From a virus: 46,934 nucleotides of DNA. The DNA is taken from IMG/VR virus record IMGVR_UViG_3300002461_000395, positions 1-46,934 of that record; one strand, given 5' to 3'. Below, piece after piece: positions 19,544 through 27,987 of this stretch. The notes below the pieces were generated by a model that saw only the letters and a program-made list of their open reading frames with translations, was not told the DNA's origin and did no database searches. A program made the position numbers and the translations under genes. Numbering within the stretch: position 1 is the stretch's first letter; each line of letters opens with the position of its first letter.

Positions 19544-21057
19544 GCACGCAGCACTTTTTCAAAGTCTCGTTTGCGGCGAGTGGCGATATCTCGCCCATCC
19601 CCGACGCGGCCCAGGTCGACGGCTCGATCAGCTACACCGAAGGGTACGGGCTGGACTATGAGCTTGACCCGACCAGCGACCCGGACGCCAAGCGCATCGA
19701 GCGCACGAAGTTTAACGACCTCATGCGGGCGATCACCGAGAACGTCCAGCAGTACCAGTATTTCGGCAATCCCGAGTTCGTGACCACGGCGCAGAACGGC
19801 GGCACGCCGGTCTCGTACGCCAAGGGTGCGCTGGTCAACTACGACACGGGCGGCGGCGTCTTCCAGCTTTACGGCTCGCTCGTCGCCAACAACACCGTGT
19901 TGCCCGGTTCGGACGCGACGAAGTGGCGCGCCATGGATATCTGGTCTGACAGCCTGATCGCCGTGGACGCGGATTACGTCACGCCAGCAAGCAACGCTCT
20001 CGTCACGTCGCCCGGCCGTCTGGCCAAGGCCACGCGCGAGGGGCGTCTGACCTACGCTGCCGCGACCCGGGCGTCCGGCGCGTATTCCCTCGCCCTGCCC
20101 GGGTCGACGTTCGTGCTGGTCACGGGCGGCCTCGTGGACTTCACCGTCCCCGACGCCTCGCCGGCCGGCCCGCTCACCCTCAAGGTCGGCGCGCTGGCCA
20201 CGGTCGCGCTGCAGTCCAACACCGAGACCGACCCGGCCGCAGGCGACCTGCAGCCTGGCCGCGTCTACACGGCCCGCTACAGCGGCGCCAAGTGGCTGAT
20301 CGTCCAGTCGTTGCCGTCGCAGCTCACGCCGCCCCCGGCCCTCCCCGATCGCCTCGCCGCGACTACCGCCAGTGTCGCCGCGGTAACGGACCTCAACACC
20401 GCCCTCTCGAACGGCTGGTATCGCGCCGCGGCCGGCGTGACCAACGGTCCGGCCGCCCTGGCCGCCGTCGCCCTGCAGATCGAGGTGAGCGCGACGGACA
20501 GCAACAACGTCTCGCAGATCGCCCGCGCCCAGACCGGCGTCAGCAGCTCCAACACGGGCACGCAGCAGCGGTTCCGCATCGCCGGGACGTGGGGGCCGTG
20601 GTTCCGCGTTTACTCGGGCGCCGCAGAAATTCAGCTCGTCGCCATTGAGCCGGGCATGGTTGGCTTTACCGCGGCGCCGAACCCGCCGAACGGTTGGCTT
20701 CTGCGTAACGGGCAGGCCATCTCGCGCACCACCTACGCGGCGCTCTTCGCCACCATCGGCACGATGTACGGCGTCGGGGACGGGGTCACGACATTTAACG
20801 TGCCCGACTGCGTGGCCAACGGGGGGTATTTTGATCGTGCAGGCACGCCGGACGGGGTGAACTACGGCGACACGGTCGGCCCCCACCTGCACGCCGTTAG
20901 CCCCCCGCCGCGCAACAGCGAGGGCGGCTCCGGCTATACGGTGACCGGCGGGACGGGGACGGGCGAGCCGCTCTTCACGTACAATACCGACACGCACAAC
21001 CCGAGCGGGGAAACCGCGCCGAAGCACCAGCGTTACCTTCCCATCATCAAATACTAG
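19540..21057 (+). CDS. Tail fibre with a C-terminal phage tail-collar domain
   Basis: 505 aa. The segment GWLLRNGQAISRTTYAALFATIGTMYGVGDGVTTFNVPD is the collar-domain signature. Confidence 0.8.
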   Translation: MSTQHFFKVSFAASGDISPIPDAAQVDGSISYTEGYGLDYELDPTSDPDAKRIERTKFNDLMRAITENVQQYQYFGNPEFVTTAQNGGTPVSYAKGALVNYDTGGGVFQLYGSLVANNTVLPGSDATKWRAMDIWSDSLIAVDADYVTPASNALVTSPGRLAKATREGRLTYAAATRASGAYSLALPGSTFVLVTGGLVDFTVPDASPAGPLTLKVGALATVALQSNTETDPAAGDLQPGRVYTARYSGAKWLIVQSLPSQLTPPPALPDRLAATTASVAAVTDLNTALSNGWYRAAAGVTNGPAALAAVALQIEVSATDSNNVSQIARAQTGVSSSNTGTQQRFRIAGTWGPWFRVYSGAAEIQLVAIEPGMVGFTAAPNPPNGWLLRNGQAISRTTYAALFATIGTMYGVGDGVTTFNVPDCVANGGYFDRAGTPDGVNYGDTVGPHLHAVSPPPRNSEGGSGYTVTGGTGTGEPLFTYNTDTHNPSGETAPKHQRYLPIIKY

Positions 21058-21066
21058 GGGCCCGCC

Positions 21067-21168
21067 ATGCAAGACCTGCCTCCGCCGCCTCCCCCTCCGC
21101 CGCCGCCGCCGCTTCCCCCTCCGCCCCCTCCAAGGACGGAAGAGAGCGACGGCCCCACGCCCCCGTGA
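21067..21168 (+). CDS. Candidate polyproline micro-ORF / leader peptide (MQDLPPPPPPPPPPPLPPPPPPRTEESDGPTPP)
   Basis: Hand-translated ATG 21067 to TGA 21166..21168, giving 33 aa. The stop overlaps the GTG start of the next gene (GTGA). It is too short for the ORF track. Confidence 0.3.
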   Translation: MQDLPPPPPPPPPPPLPPPPPPRTEESDGPTPP

Positions 21169-21617
21169 CCCCGCTAGGGATTTGGTGCGTTACCACGGTC
21201 GTGCTGGCGTTCTTTCGAGCGTCGGCGCGCCCGTTTGCGGCCCTTGTTTTTGTGCACTGGGCGTCAACACAGTTCGTTTGGCGCCTGTTCGGCGACGCGG
21301 TTTATGCGTATCTCGCGCCACGCGACATTGCGCTGGGCGTTATCGGAGCGTGGCTTGCGTGGCGTCGGCCCTCATGGTCGCGCAGCGTGATCGTTCTTTG
21401 TCTCGCCGCAATGTCTCTCGCACACGTTGCGTACTGGACAGCACTTGCGGGGGGCGTGTATGCCGGAGGGGCGTACATGGACACGCTAAACGCCCTGTTC
21501 GGCGTGATTTTAATCTCCTTGGGGGCCTCGGCTGGTGGTTGGCTTGTCGCTAATCTGCGCGCTAGGATGGGTCCCGATCATTCTAGTGTTGCGCCATTGG
21601 GGGCAAAGAGACGATGA
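21165..21617 (+). CDS. Polytopic membrane protein (about 4 TM), lower GC
   Basis: 150 aa with a GTG start and four hydrophobic segments. It is visibly AT-richer than the flanking sequence. Confidence 0.6.
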   Translation: MTPLGIWCVTTVVLAFFRASARPFAALVFVHWASTQFVWRLFGDAVYAYLAPRDIALGVIGAWLAWRRPSWSRSVIVLCLAAMSLAHVAYWTALAGGVYAGGAYMDTLNALFGVILISLGASAGGWLVANLRARMGPDHSSVAPLGAKRR

Positions 21618-21880
21618 CCGACGCCGCGACCATCTCGCTCGGCCTGTTTGTGACCATGATCGTGCAGACCACCGGGATCGCGTTTTGGGCGGGGAGGGTG
21701 ACGCAACGTCTGGTCGCGGTCGAAAAGACCTCTGGCGATAGCGAGAAAGTCACGCGGCTCACCGTCGAGATGGAGCACGCCAACGCTTCGCTTGACCAGC
21801 TCGCGCACCAAATGGAGAGCGTACAGCGGCAGCTCTCCAACATCGCGACGGGGCGCGCCAACGTCTCGGGCACACTTTGA
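21614..21880 (+). CDS. Single-pass membrane / coiled-coil protein
   Basis: 88 aa. An N-terminal TM segment (ISLGLFVTMIVQTTGIAFWAG) is followed by a helical region. There is an ATGA overlap with the upstream gene. Confidence 0.6.
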   Translation: MTDAATISLGLFVTMIVQTTGIAFWAGRVTQRLVAVEKTSGDSEKVTRLTVEMEHANASLDQLAHQMESVQRQLSNIATGRANVSGTL

Positions 21881-22263
21881 CCGACGCACCCGAAACCCTC
21901 GCCGACGCGACTGCGGCCATCACCGGCACCATCACCGGGCCCGGCACGCCGGACGCAGTGCACGCCGTTGCGCGCGAAGACGACCTGTCGCTCTGGATGC
22001 GCAACCTGGCGGGTCCGGCGCTCTGCGGCATCATCGTCCTCGTCATCGTCACCTTGTCCAACCTGCAAACGCTCGTCGGCGTCGCGGCGCTCTGGGGGCA
22101 GATCAGCGAGGTCACGCGGGTGCATTACGTCGGCGGGATCGGCGTGGCCCTCGCCATCATGGTCGGGCTGCTGATCTGGCGCATGGTCGCCGGCAAGCCC
22201 ACGCGCATCGAGGTGAAGGCCGGTCCCGGCTCGTTCGTGCTTGAGGGCGACGGCGAGGCCTGA
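21877..22263 (+). CDS. Two-TM membrane protein
   Basis: 128 aa with a TTG start overlapping the upstream stop, so the start is uncertain. GC3 is high, and there are two clear TM segments. Confidence 0.55.
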   Translation: MTDAPETLADATAAITGTITGPGTPDAVHAVAREDDLSLWMRNLAGPALCGIIVLVIVTLSNLQTLVGVAALWGQISEVTRVHYVGGIGVALAIMVGLLIWRMVAGKPTRIEVKAGPGSFVLEGDGEA

Positions 22264-22364
22264 CCGGGACGCAGCGTGTACAAGGGGCCGCAGTGGCGGC
22301 AAGCCCGCGAACCGTCCTTGGCTTTCTGGATCCCGCGCTTTCCGCATTTCGGGCAGTGGGCCAT
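22125..22364 (-). CDS. Candidate small Zn-ribbon protein (CPKCG...CRHCG)
   Basis: The ATG at 22364 is preceded by AGGAG with a 5-nt spacer. The first 33 aa lie in intergenic DNA and carry CxxC...CxxC. The rest is antisense to 21877..22263 and may be fortuitous. Confidence 0.3.
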   Translation of the reverse strand: MAHCPKCGKRGIQKAKDGSRACRHCGPLYTLRPGQASPSPSSTNEPGPAFTSMRVGLPATMRQISSPTMMARATPIPPT

Positions 22365-22384
22365 GTCGGCTCCTAGGAGGGGTT

Positions 22385-22427
22385 GAGCGTGCGACCCTTC
22401 GCCTTGGGTCCTACGGGTCGCACGCTC
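22385..22427. terminator. 13-bp perfect inverted repeat between convergent operons
   Basis: GAGCGTGCGACCC (22385..22397) pairs with GGGTCGCACGCTC (22415..22427) around a 17-nt loop. There is no U-tract. Confidence 0.45.
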
Positions 22428-22462
22428 GCGCCCTTCTCGCTGCAGGGACCGGGATCCCCTAT

Positions 22463-22484
22463 TGCAGCGCCGAATGGCGCTGCA
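22463..22484. terminator. 9-bp stem / GAAT tetraloop hairpin between convergent operons
   Basis: The sequence is TGCAGCGCC-gaat-GGCGCTGCA. There is no U-tract. Confidence 0.45.
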
Positions 22485-22535
22485 CGCTGGCCGCTCCTCT
22501 AGGACTTAGGGCACGAGGGTACAGCCGGCGGAGAC

Positions 22536-22736
22536 TTACTCGGCGGGAAGCGCGCTCACGTTCGCGAGCGGCAAAGCGGCCAGATCGGGGTTGTCGGCCA
22601 GCAGCTTCGCGGCCAGCTTGTCGCGCGCGGCCCGGGCCTCGGCCGATTTGATGCGAGCGATCGCGTCGGCTTCCTGCGCGGCGATGGTCTTGGCCCCTTC
22701 CGTGTCCACGCGGTCGATCAGCCACTTGATCTGCAC
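22536..22736 (-). CDS. Hypothetical helical protein
   Basis: 66 aa with a GTG start; the last ORF of the leftward operon. Confidence 0.5.
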   Translation of the reverse strand: MQIKWLIDRVDTEGAKTIAAQEADAIARIKSAEARAARDKLAAKLLADNPDLAALPLANVSALPAE

Positions 22737-22806
22737 GGAGCTGTCGAAATCGACCTCAATCCCTGTTGCGATTATTTGGCGAAGCTAGGCTAACGTGACG
22801 GGCGCG

Positions 22807-25071
22807 TCAACCCTTCCGATACCGACGCCCGCGCCATCCGCCCGCCGCGCTGATCGGCCACGGCCCGACCTCGTCGCGCGCCCAAGGCGGCATCGTGGCC
22901 ATGATACGCTCGACCTCTTCAACGCTGCCCGCGCCGGCCGGCACCTCGACCACGATCTCGTCGTACACATGCAGCACGGTCGGATAGCCCGCGGCGCGCA
23001 GGCCGAGGATCCCATAGCGGAGAATATCGTGGGCCGTGGCCTGCACGACATTCTCGGTCAGCCGGCCGCCGTAGGTCTCCATGGGCACCCAGCCCATCGG
23101 CCCGTACTTCGGGTTCGAGTTCCACGTCATATAGACGATGCTCAACTCGTCCGCCCGGCGCGCCGACGGATAGAGGCGGGGCGACCAGTATGTCAGCTCG
23201 CGGCCGGACAGCAGCCGGATGATCAGGGCGTCGCCGCGCATGAAGAACCGCACGCCGCGCCAGTCATAGACCTGCCCGGGGTTCTGGATCGCCGCGATGG
23301 CCATGCCCTCGTAGCCGAACAGTTCCGGCCGGCGGTCGCGGTCCCACGGGAGGCCGCGGTATTGGCCGCCCCACAAGTCCACGATGGCGGGCGACGCGGC
23401 GCGCCAGGCGAGGATCTGCGCCTTGATCACGTCGTCCGGCTCGGTGCTGCCGAACGCCTTGTACGAGCCGATCCAGCCGCCAAAGCCGCAGGCGAGCTCG
23501 GACACCTTGCCGATCGTCTGGCGGTCGGGGTGGTGGTCGCCGTGCTCGGCATAGTACGCGAGGTACTGCTCGAGCGGCGTGCCGGTGATCTTGCTCGCCC
23601 CGACCAGATATATCGGCTTGTTCTCCCGGAATGCGTCGATGCGCCACTGCTCGCCGGCCAGCATGGCGATGACCACGGCCTCGATCGCGCTGTAGTCGCT
23701 GGCGATCAGGTCCATGCCCGGGCCCGCGACGAACAGGCCTCGCAGGCACCCCGAGATCGACAGCAGCGCGTCGCCGAAGAACCATTCGACCAGCGGCAGA
23801 GACTTCGTGGCCATGATCTCAAGGACGTGATCGACCGCCTCGGCTGACCATTTGCCGCGCTTGGCGGTCGCCGCGTCCGTGCCGCACCACGGGCACGCGC
23901 TGTGTCGGGGCGTAAATGGCCGCCGGCACCCCTCCGAGGCGCACCAGGACAGGTTGGGCCCTGCGCGCGGCAGATTGAGCGGCTGCGGCCCCTCGCCCGT
24001 CGGACGCCCCGTCCGCGCGCCGTGGTGGATGATCAGATTAAGCAGGCGGTCGGCGCGGTTCGCCTGGTGCTCCATGGCGTACAGTTTCTTGACGGACGCC
24101 GAGCCGATGAGCTGGCGGATCTCCAACACGCGGCGCGGCGCCCATTGGCCGCCCGGCGGGTGCGGAGGGAGGCGGGCGAGCGTCTCGTCGATCGCCTCCT
24201 CGTCCATCTTGTCCATGTGCACGCCGAACGCGGCAAGCCAACCCTTCGTGGCCTGTAGCTGCGTCGGGTCCAGCCCGCCGGTCAGCGCACGGAACTCGTC
24301 GCCATATACGTCGAGGGCCTGCTCGAGCACGGCCATGCAGTCGCGCAGCGCCGGACGATCCACGGCAATGCCGCGGCGGTTGATCTCTTGGTCGACCATC
24401 CAGAACACGAGCTCGTCGTCGCTCATGGGCGGCGTCGCCGCGCTGGCGGCCTGCTCGGCTTCCACATCGCGGTCGCAGTACCGGCGGTACGCCTCGAACT
24501 GCTCGGGGTCCTCGTGGGGCAGGATGCGGCGGCGCGGGTCTTTTTTCGTCGGGTCTCTCGGCATCGAAAAGACCTTCATCAGCCGCGTGCCCTCTTTGTC
24601 CTTCGCGGACGTACCGAGAACCGCGGCCAGATTGCCCAGCGCGCCGGGAAGGGAGGCCACGCGGGCCTTGGCCGCGCTGCAGCGTAGCTGATAGACGTAC
24701 GGGGCGAGCGACGGCCAGCCATAGAGACGCGTGCACCCGTTCTCCCAGCACAGGAACTCGAACATCAGGTTGTGACATTCCAGCAGGCCGCCCGCCGCAA
24801 GGTGGTCGAACAGGTCTTGCGGGGGCGGGTCGCCAGGGCGCCAGCGCCGCACGCCGCGCCCGTCCTGCAGATCATACGACGCGGTCAGCACCTCGAACGT
24901 TGGATGCTCCGTATAGACCGACGTGCCGACGACGGGCAGGCCCTTAGACCGGGCACCCCGCGGCGCTTCGTGCTTGCCGGTCTCGGGGTTCCAGACGTAC
25001 CCGGCCTCGCTGTAGGTCTCAAAGTCGAGCGCGGGGAGGGTCACGCGGTCGTCAACTCGGTGATCGTCCAA
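22807..25071 (-). CDS. Family A DNA polymerase with a 3'-5' exonuclease domain
   Basis: 754 aa. Recognised motifs are ExoI (LDFETYSE), motif A (DYSAIEAVV), motif B (RQTIGKVSELACGFGG) and motif C (HVYDEIVVEV). Confidence 0.9.
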   Translation of the reverse strand: MDDHRVDDRVTLPALDFETYSEAGYVWNPETGKHEAPRGARSKGLPVVGTSVYTEHPTFEVLTASYDLQDGRGVRRWRPGDPPPQDLFDHLAAGGLLECHNLMFEFLCWENGCTRLYGWPSLAPYVYQLRCSAAKARVASLPGALGNLAAVLGTSAKDKEGTRLMKVFSMPRDPTKKDPRRRILPHEDPEQFEAYRRYCDRDVEAEQAASAATPPMSDDELVFWMVDQEINRRGIAVDRPALRDCMAVLEQALDVYGDEFRALTGGLDPTQLQATKGWLAAFGVHMDKMDEEAIDETLARLPPHPPGGQWAPRRVLEIRQLIGSASVKKLYAMEHQANRADRLLNLIIHHGARTGRPTGEGPQPLNLPRAGPNLSWCASEGCRRPFTPRHSACPWCGTDAATAKRGKWSAEAVDHVLEIMATKSLPLVEWFFGDALLSISGCLRGLFVAGPGMDLIASDYSAIEAVVIAMLAGEQWRIDAFRENKPIYLVGASKITGTPLEQYLAYYAEHGDHHPDRQTIGKVSELACGFGGWIGSYKAFGSTEPDDVIKAQILAWRAASPAIVDLWGGQYRGLPWDRDRRPELFGYEGMAIAAIQNPGQVYDWRGVRFFMRGDALIIRLLSGRELTYWSPRLYPSARRADELSIVYMTWNSNPKYGPMGWVPMETYGGRLTENVVQATAHDILRYGILGLRAAGYPTVLHVYDEIVVEVPAGAGSVEEVERIMATMPPWARDEVGPWPISAAGGWRGRRYRKG

Positions 25072-25229
25072 CCGTGGTCAGTCCGGTCGATAAAAATGAG
25101 CATCCCCGCGCCATAATCGACGTAACGCTCGCCCTTGCGCGTGATGCGCACTCGGCGGGTAATCGCGTCCCACTGGTTTGCCGCGTGCACATAGTGCCAC
25201 CCGAACAGGCGGTTAAGCAGTCTCCACAT
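25041..25229 (-). CDS. Hypothetical protein
   Basis: 62 aa with GAGGGAG upstream of the ATG. It overlaps the polymerase start. Confidence 0.5.
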   Translation of the reverse strand: MWRLLNRLFGWHYVHAANQWDAITRRVRITRKGERYVDYGAGMLIFIDRTDHGWTITELTTA

Positions 25230-25398
25230 GGCGTCTCTCCCTCGTCGCGGTGGTTAGGGCCGGGGCACCCCGTCAAGAGCGCCCCGGATAGTCAGAACGG
25301 GATTTCATCCCATAGGCAGAAACCCTTGAGGGCCTGTCCGCCGGCAAGGCAATTGCAGGCGTATCCCGCCGGAGCGGGACACGTCCGCAACCGCCCCG

Positions 25399-26295
25399 TT
25401 ACTGGGGGACCAACAGCCCGTTGGCGATGAGCATTTCGTCGGTCCAGCCCGCCGCGATATACGCCTCGTACGTGGTGGTCGCGGCGGCGGTGAGCTGGCG
25501 CACCGGAGCGGGTGCAGGCGCAGCAGGGGCGGGTGCAGGCGCGGCAGGGGCCGGAGCCGGTGCGGCAGGGGCCGGAGCCGGTGCGGGTGCGGGTGCGGGC
25601 AGGTGCGGGGCCGGGGCGGTCAGGGGCGTCGCGCCGGCGGGCAGGGCCGCACCGCCACCGAACGCCTCGCTGGCGGACGGGCCGGACTGGGTGATGATCT
25701 CCGGGCCCTCGGCGCGGACGCAGAGCATGTTGAGGTTCGTATAGACCCCGGGGCGCTGGGCGTTGTCGTTGCCCGCGACGCCGCCGCTGACCTGGACGTA
25801 CCATCCGGTCTTGCAGTCCTTCATCTCGACGAACACGCCCGGCGTGGCCTCCCGGAACACGCCCGGAGCGCCGATGCTGGCGCCGCGCGTATAGCGGATG
25901 ACCCAGTGCCCGGCGAACCCTTCGCGCTCGGCCCATCGTTTGCCCGCCGTGTCCACGCCGTCGCCGTCGATCACCTTGTACGAGAAGCTCGGGTGCGAGC
26001 TCGGGCCTTGCGCGCCCTGCGGGAAGAGGTGCGGGAACGCCCGCGCCGCTTCGGTCTTGATCTCACCGAGGTGCTTGCCGATCGGCGAGCCCGTGGCGAT
26101 CTCCTGTTCGATCGTCGTGGCGCCCGGCGACTTGGCGTAGGCCACGCCGACGAAGAACTGCGGGTTGGGCTGGCCGGCGTTCGGGCCGGTCTTGATCGTG
26201 CGGGGCGCGCCGTTCTGGTCCTTCTCGGACGGCTTGTACGCGTCGCCCTGGACGAGACGCCCGATCGGCGAGGTGAAAGGAATGGCGTTGGCCAT
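25399..26295 (-). CDS. Phage ssDNA-binding-like protein (DUF2815-like) with a (PA)n linker
   Basis: 298 aa. It sits between a DUF2800-like nuclease and PolA, which is the usual DUF2800-DUF2815-PolA module. The N-terminus is MANAIPFTSPIGRLVQGDAYKP. Confidence 0.65.
   Translation of the reverse strand: MANAIPFTSPIGRLVQGDAYKPSEKDQNGAPRTIKTGPNAGQPNPQFFVGVAYAKSPGATTIEQEIATGSPIGKHLGEIKTEAARAFPHLFPQGAQGPSSHPSFSYKVIDGDGVDTAGKRWAEREGFAGHWVIRYTRGASIGAPGVFREATPGVFVEMKDCKTGWYVQVSGGVAGNDNAQRPGVYTNLNMLCVRAEGPEIITQSGPSASEAFGGGAALPAGATPLTAPAPHLPAPAPAPAPAPAAPAPAPAAPAPAPAAPAPAPVRQLTAAATTTYEAYIAAGWTDEMLIANGLLVPQ
25504..25612. repeat. Imperfect 21-nt tandem repeat encoding the Pro-Ala linker
   Basis: The units are gggtgcaggcgcagcaggggc (25510..25530), gggtgcaggcgcggcaggggc (25531..25551) and cggagccggtgcggcaggggc (25552..25572), followed by a further degenerate unit. 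Confidence 0.7.
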
Positions 26296-26297
26296 GG

Positions 26298-27503
26298 TTA
26301 GTCCTCCTTGCCCCCGAACACTCGGGCGGCGGTTGAGGCATCGCGAGGCGTGAGCTTCGCGGCGCCGGTAGGTCTCTCTGCGTAAGCGGCGATGACGGCG
26401 GCGTCAAGCCCCAAATCACGCGCCTGGTTCGGGGTGATCGCTTCGGACGGTTTGCGCAACTCGACGCCCATCATGTCGCCGAGCGCGAACACCTCGGCGG
26501 ACGGTTTGGCCCACCGCTCACGGGCTTTGCCGTGCGTGATCGCCCAGCCCGTCTCGACGCCTTTGCGCGTCTCGGCCATGACCGTCGCCTCGACCGCATC
26601 GACGTGGCCCTTGAGCCGCTGCTGTGCGATCTGCAGGTTACGCAGGTGAAGGCCGAGCGCGGCGGGCGGCAGGTCACGGGGCACCGCCTTGCCCGCCATG
26701 TCGACGATGTTGAGCGCGACGGCCTGCGCCGCCGGGCATCCGTGGTTCGCTGCGCAGTACCGGCAATGCGCGCCGGTCTGCGTGAGCGCCTTGGGTGCGG
26801 TCGCCAGCGCGGCCATGCGCGCCAGCACCTCGATCTCGGCCATGATGACGCGGCCCTTCGTGTCCCATCGGCGCACCGGGCCCACGTCGTCATAGTTGCG
26901 GGGCTGCACGATGCGCAGCGACACGTCCAGATCGGCCACGTCCTCGGCGGTCAGCTCGTACGCCTCGAACACGCCGGCCGCATAGGCGATAAGCTGCGCC
27001 GTGCGGGGATCAACATAGCCGTGCCCGTACTTGAAGTCCCAGATGATCACGCGGCCGGCGCGCTTGCCGTTCAACCCGGTGTTCCAGAGTTCTATGAGGA
27101 ACCCGTCCGGCGTGCCCTCACAGAGCCCGTGGATCAGGCCGTGCATCGTGAGCTTCGTCTCGATACGCAGCGTCGGCCGCCCGCGTTCCAGATAGTGCGC
27201 GTCGTACTCCTTGCGCACGTCCTCCACGAAGCACTGCCCCGCCTCGATCATTTCCTCGTCGATCGGGTGGCCGTTGGGCGCCAGCGTGCCGACGGGGTGG
27301 ATGCGGCCCTGCACGGCCTCGGTGACGTAGTAGTGCGCCGCGGTGCCCTCGCGGGCCTTCGGGCTCTCCTCGTCCTCGGAGTACAGCGCCTCAAGCACGT
27401 ACGACCCGGCGCAATTCGACCAGATCGGCGCGGACGAGGGGCGCAAGAGGGGCGCAGGGGGGCCGACCGGGCAAGGGTCGCCGTGTGCGGTGTTGTGGGT
27501 CAT
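26298..27503 (-). CDS. PD-(D/E)XK nuclease (DUF2800 / Cas4-like) with a C-terminal Cys cluster
   Basis: 401 aa with HCRYCAANHGCPA. It sits adjacent to the SSB-like gene. Confidence 0.75.
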   Translation of the reverse strand: MTHNTAHGDPCPVGPPAPLLRPSSAPIWSNCAGSYVLEALYSEDEESPKAREGTAAHYYVTEAVQGRIHPVGTLAPNGHPIDEEMIEAGQCFVEDVRKEYDAHYLERGRPTLRIETKLTMHGLIHGLCEGTPDGFLIELWNTGLNGKRAGRVIIWDFKYGHGYVDPRTAQLIAYAAGVFEAYELTAEDVADLDVSLRIVQPRNYDDVGPVRRWDTKGRVIMAEIEVLARMAALATAPKALTQTGAHCRYCAANHGCPAAQAVALNIVDMAGKAVPRDLPPAALGLHLRNLQIAQQRLKGHVDAVEATVMAETRKGVETGWAITHGKARERWAKPSAEVFALGDMMGVELRKPSEAITPNQARDLGLDAAVIAAYAERPTGAAKLTPRDASTAARVFGGKED

Positions 27504-27985
27504 TGCTCGGGCTCCACAAATTCAACGTCGCAAGCCTCGATATCACCGAAGCCCGTGGTGAGAATGACGTGCGATCGTTGGTTGATCAGGCCGCCGGGTT
27601 CGTACCAGTCCTCGCCGGTCATGTCCTGCCCGCCGCTCGGCGGATAGTAGTCTCCGGTCATGCGGACCCGTTTCGCCAGCACCGTCGTCAGATAATCCGT
27701 CAGGTCGCGGGGCTGGTCCTCGTAGTGGATGCGACGTTCCTTACCGCCCCAACCACGCGCACGGACCGCACCGCGCGCCAAACCATCCACGATCTCTCGC
27801 TTGACCCGAAACGGCACCTCGTGCGCGCCGTCCGTAAAGCCCAGCAAGCGCATCGCCTCCGTGAACTGCGGGTGGTCGTCGAACTCGGCGCGCAGGTCCG
27901 TGAAGACAAGCGGATAGCCGACGCGTTTGATAAATCGGGGTCGCTCGATGCGCACCGTATCCCCGACCCGGATAGCCTTGCCCAT
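27500..27985 (-). CDS. Hypothetical protein
   Basis: 161 aa with an ATGA-type overlap to the downstream gene. No family recognised. Confidence 0.6.
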   Translation of the reverse strand: MGKAIRVGDTVRIERPRFIKRVGYPLVFTDLRAEFDDHPQFTEAMRLLGFTDGAHEVPFRVKREIVDGLARGAVRARGWGGKERRIHYEDQPRDLTDYLTTVLAKRVRMTGDYYPPSGGQDMTGEDWYEPGGLINQRSHVILTTGFGDIEACDVEFVEPEQ

Positions 27986-27987
27986 GG

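Noticed and set aside
106-21072. Many very long ORFs antisense to, or out of frame with, the structural genes. Examples are 106..1605 -, 2421..4187 -, 5054..6454 -, 6726..8261 -, 10523..12037 -, 13003..14967 - and 19501..21072 -.
   Set aside because: Their translations are dominated by Arg/Gly/Ala/Pro/His runs and carry no recognisable motifs. Each overlaps a gene with clear family signatures and operon-style start/stop coupling. These are typical shadow ORFs of a high-GC genome.
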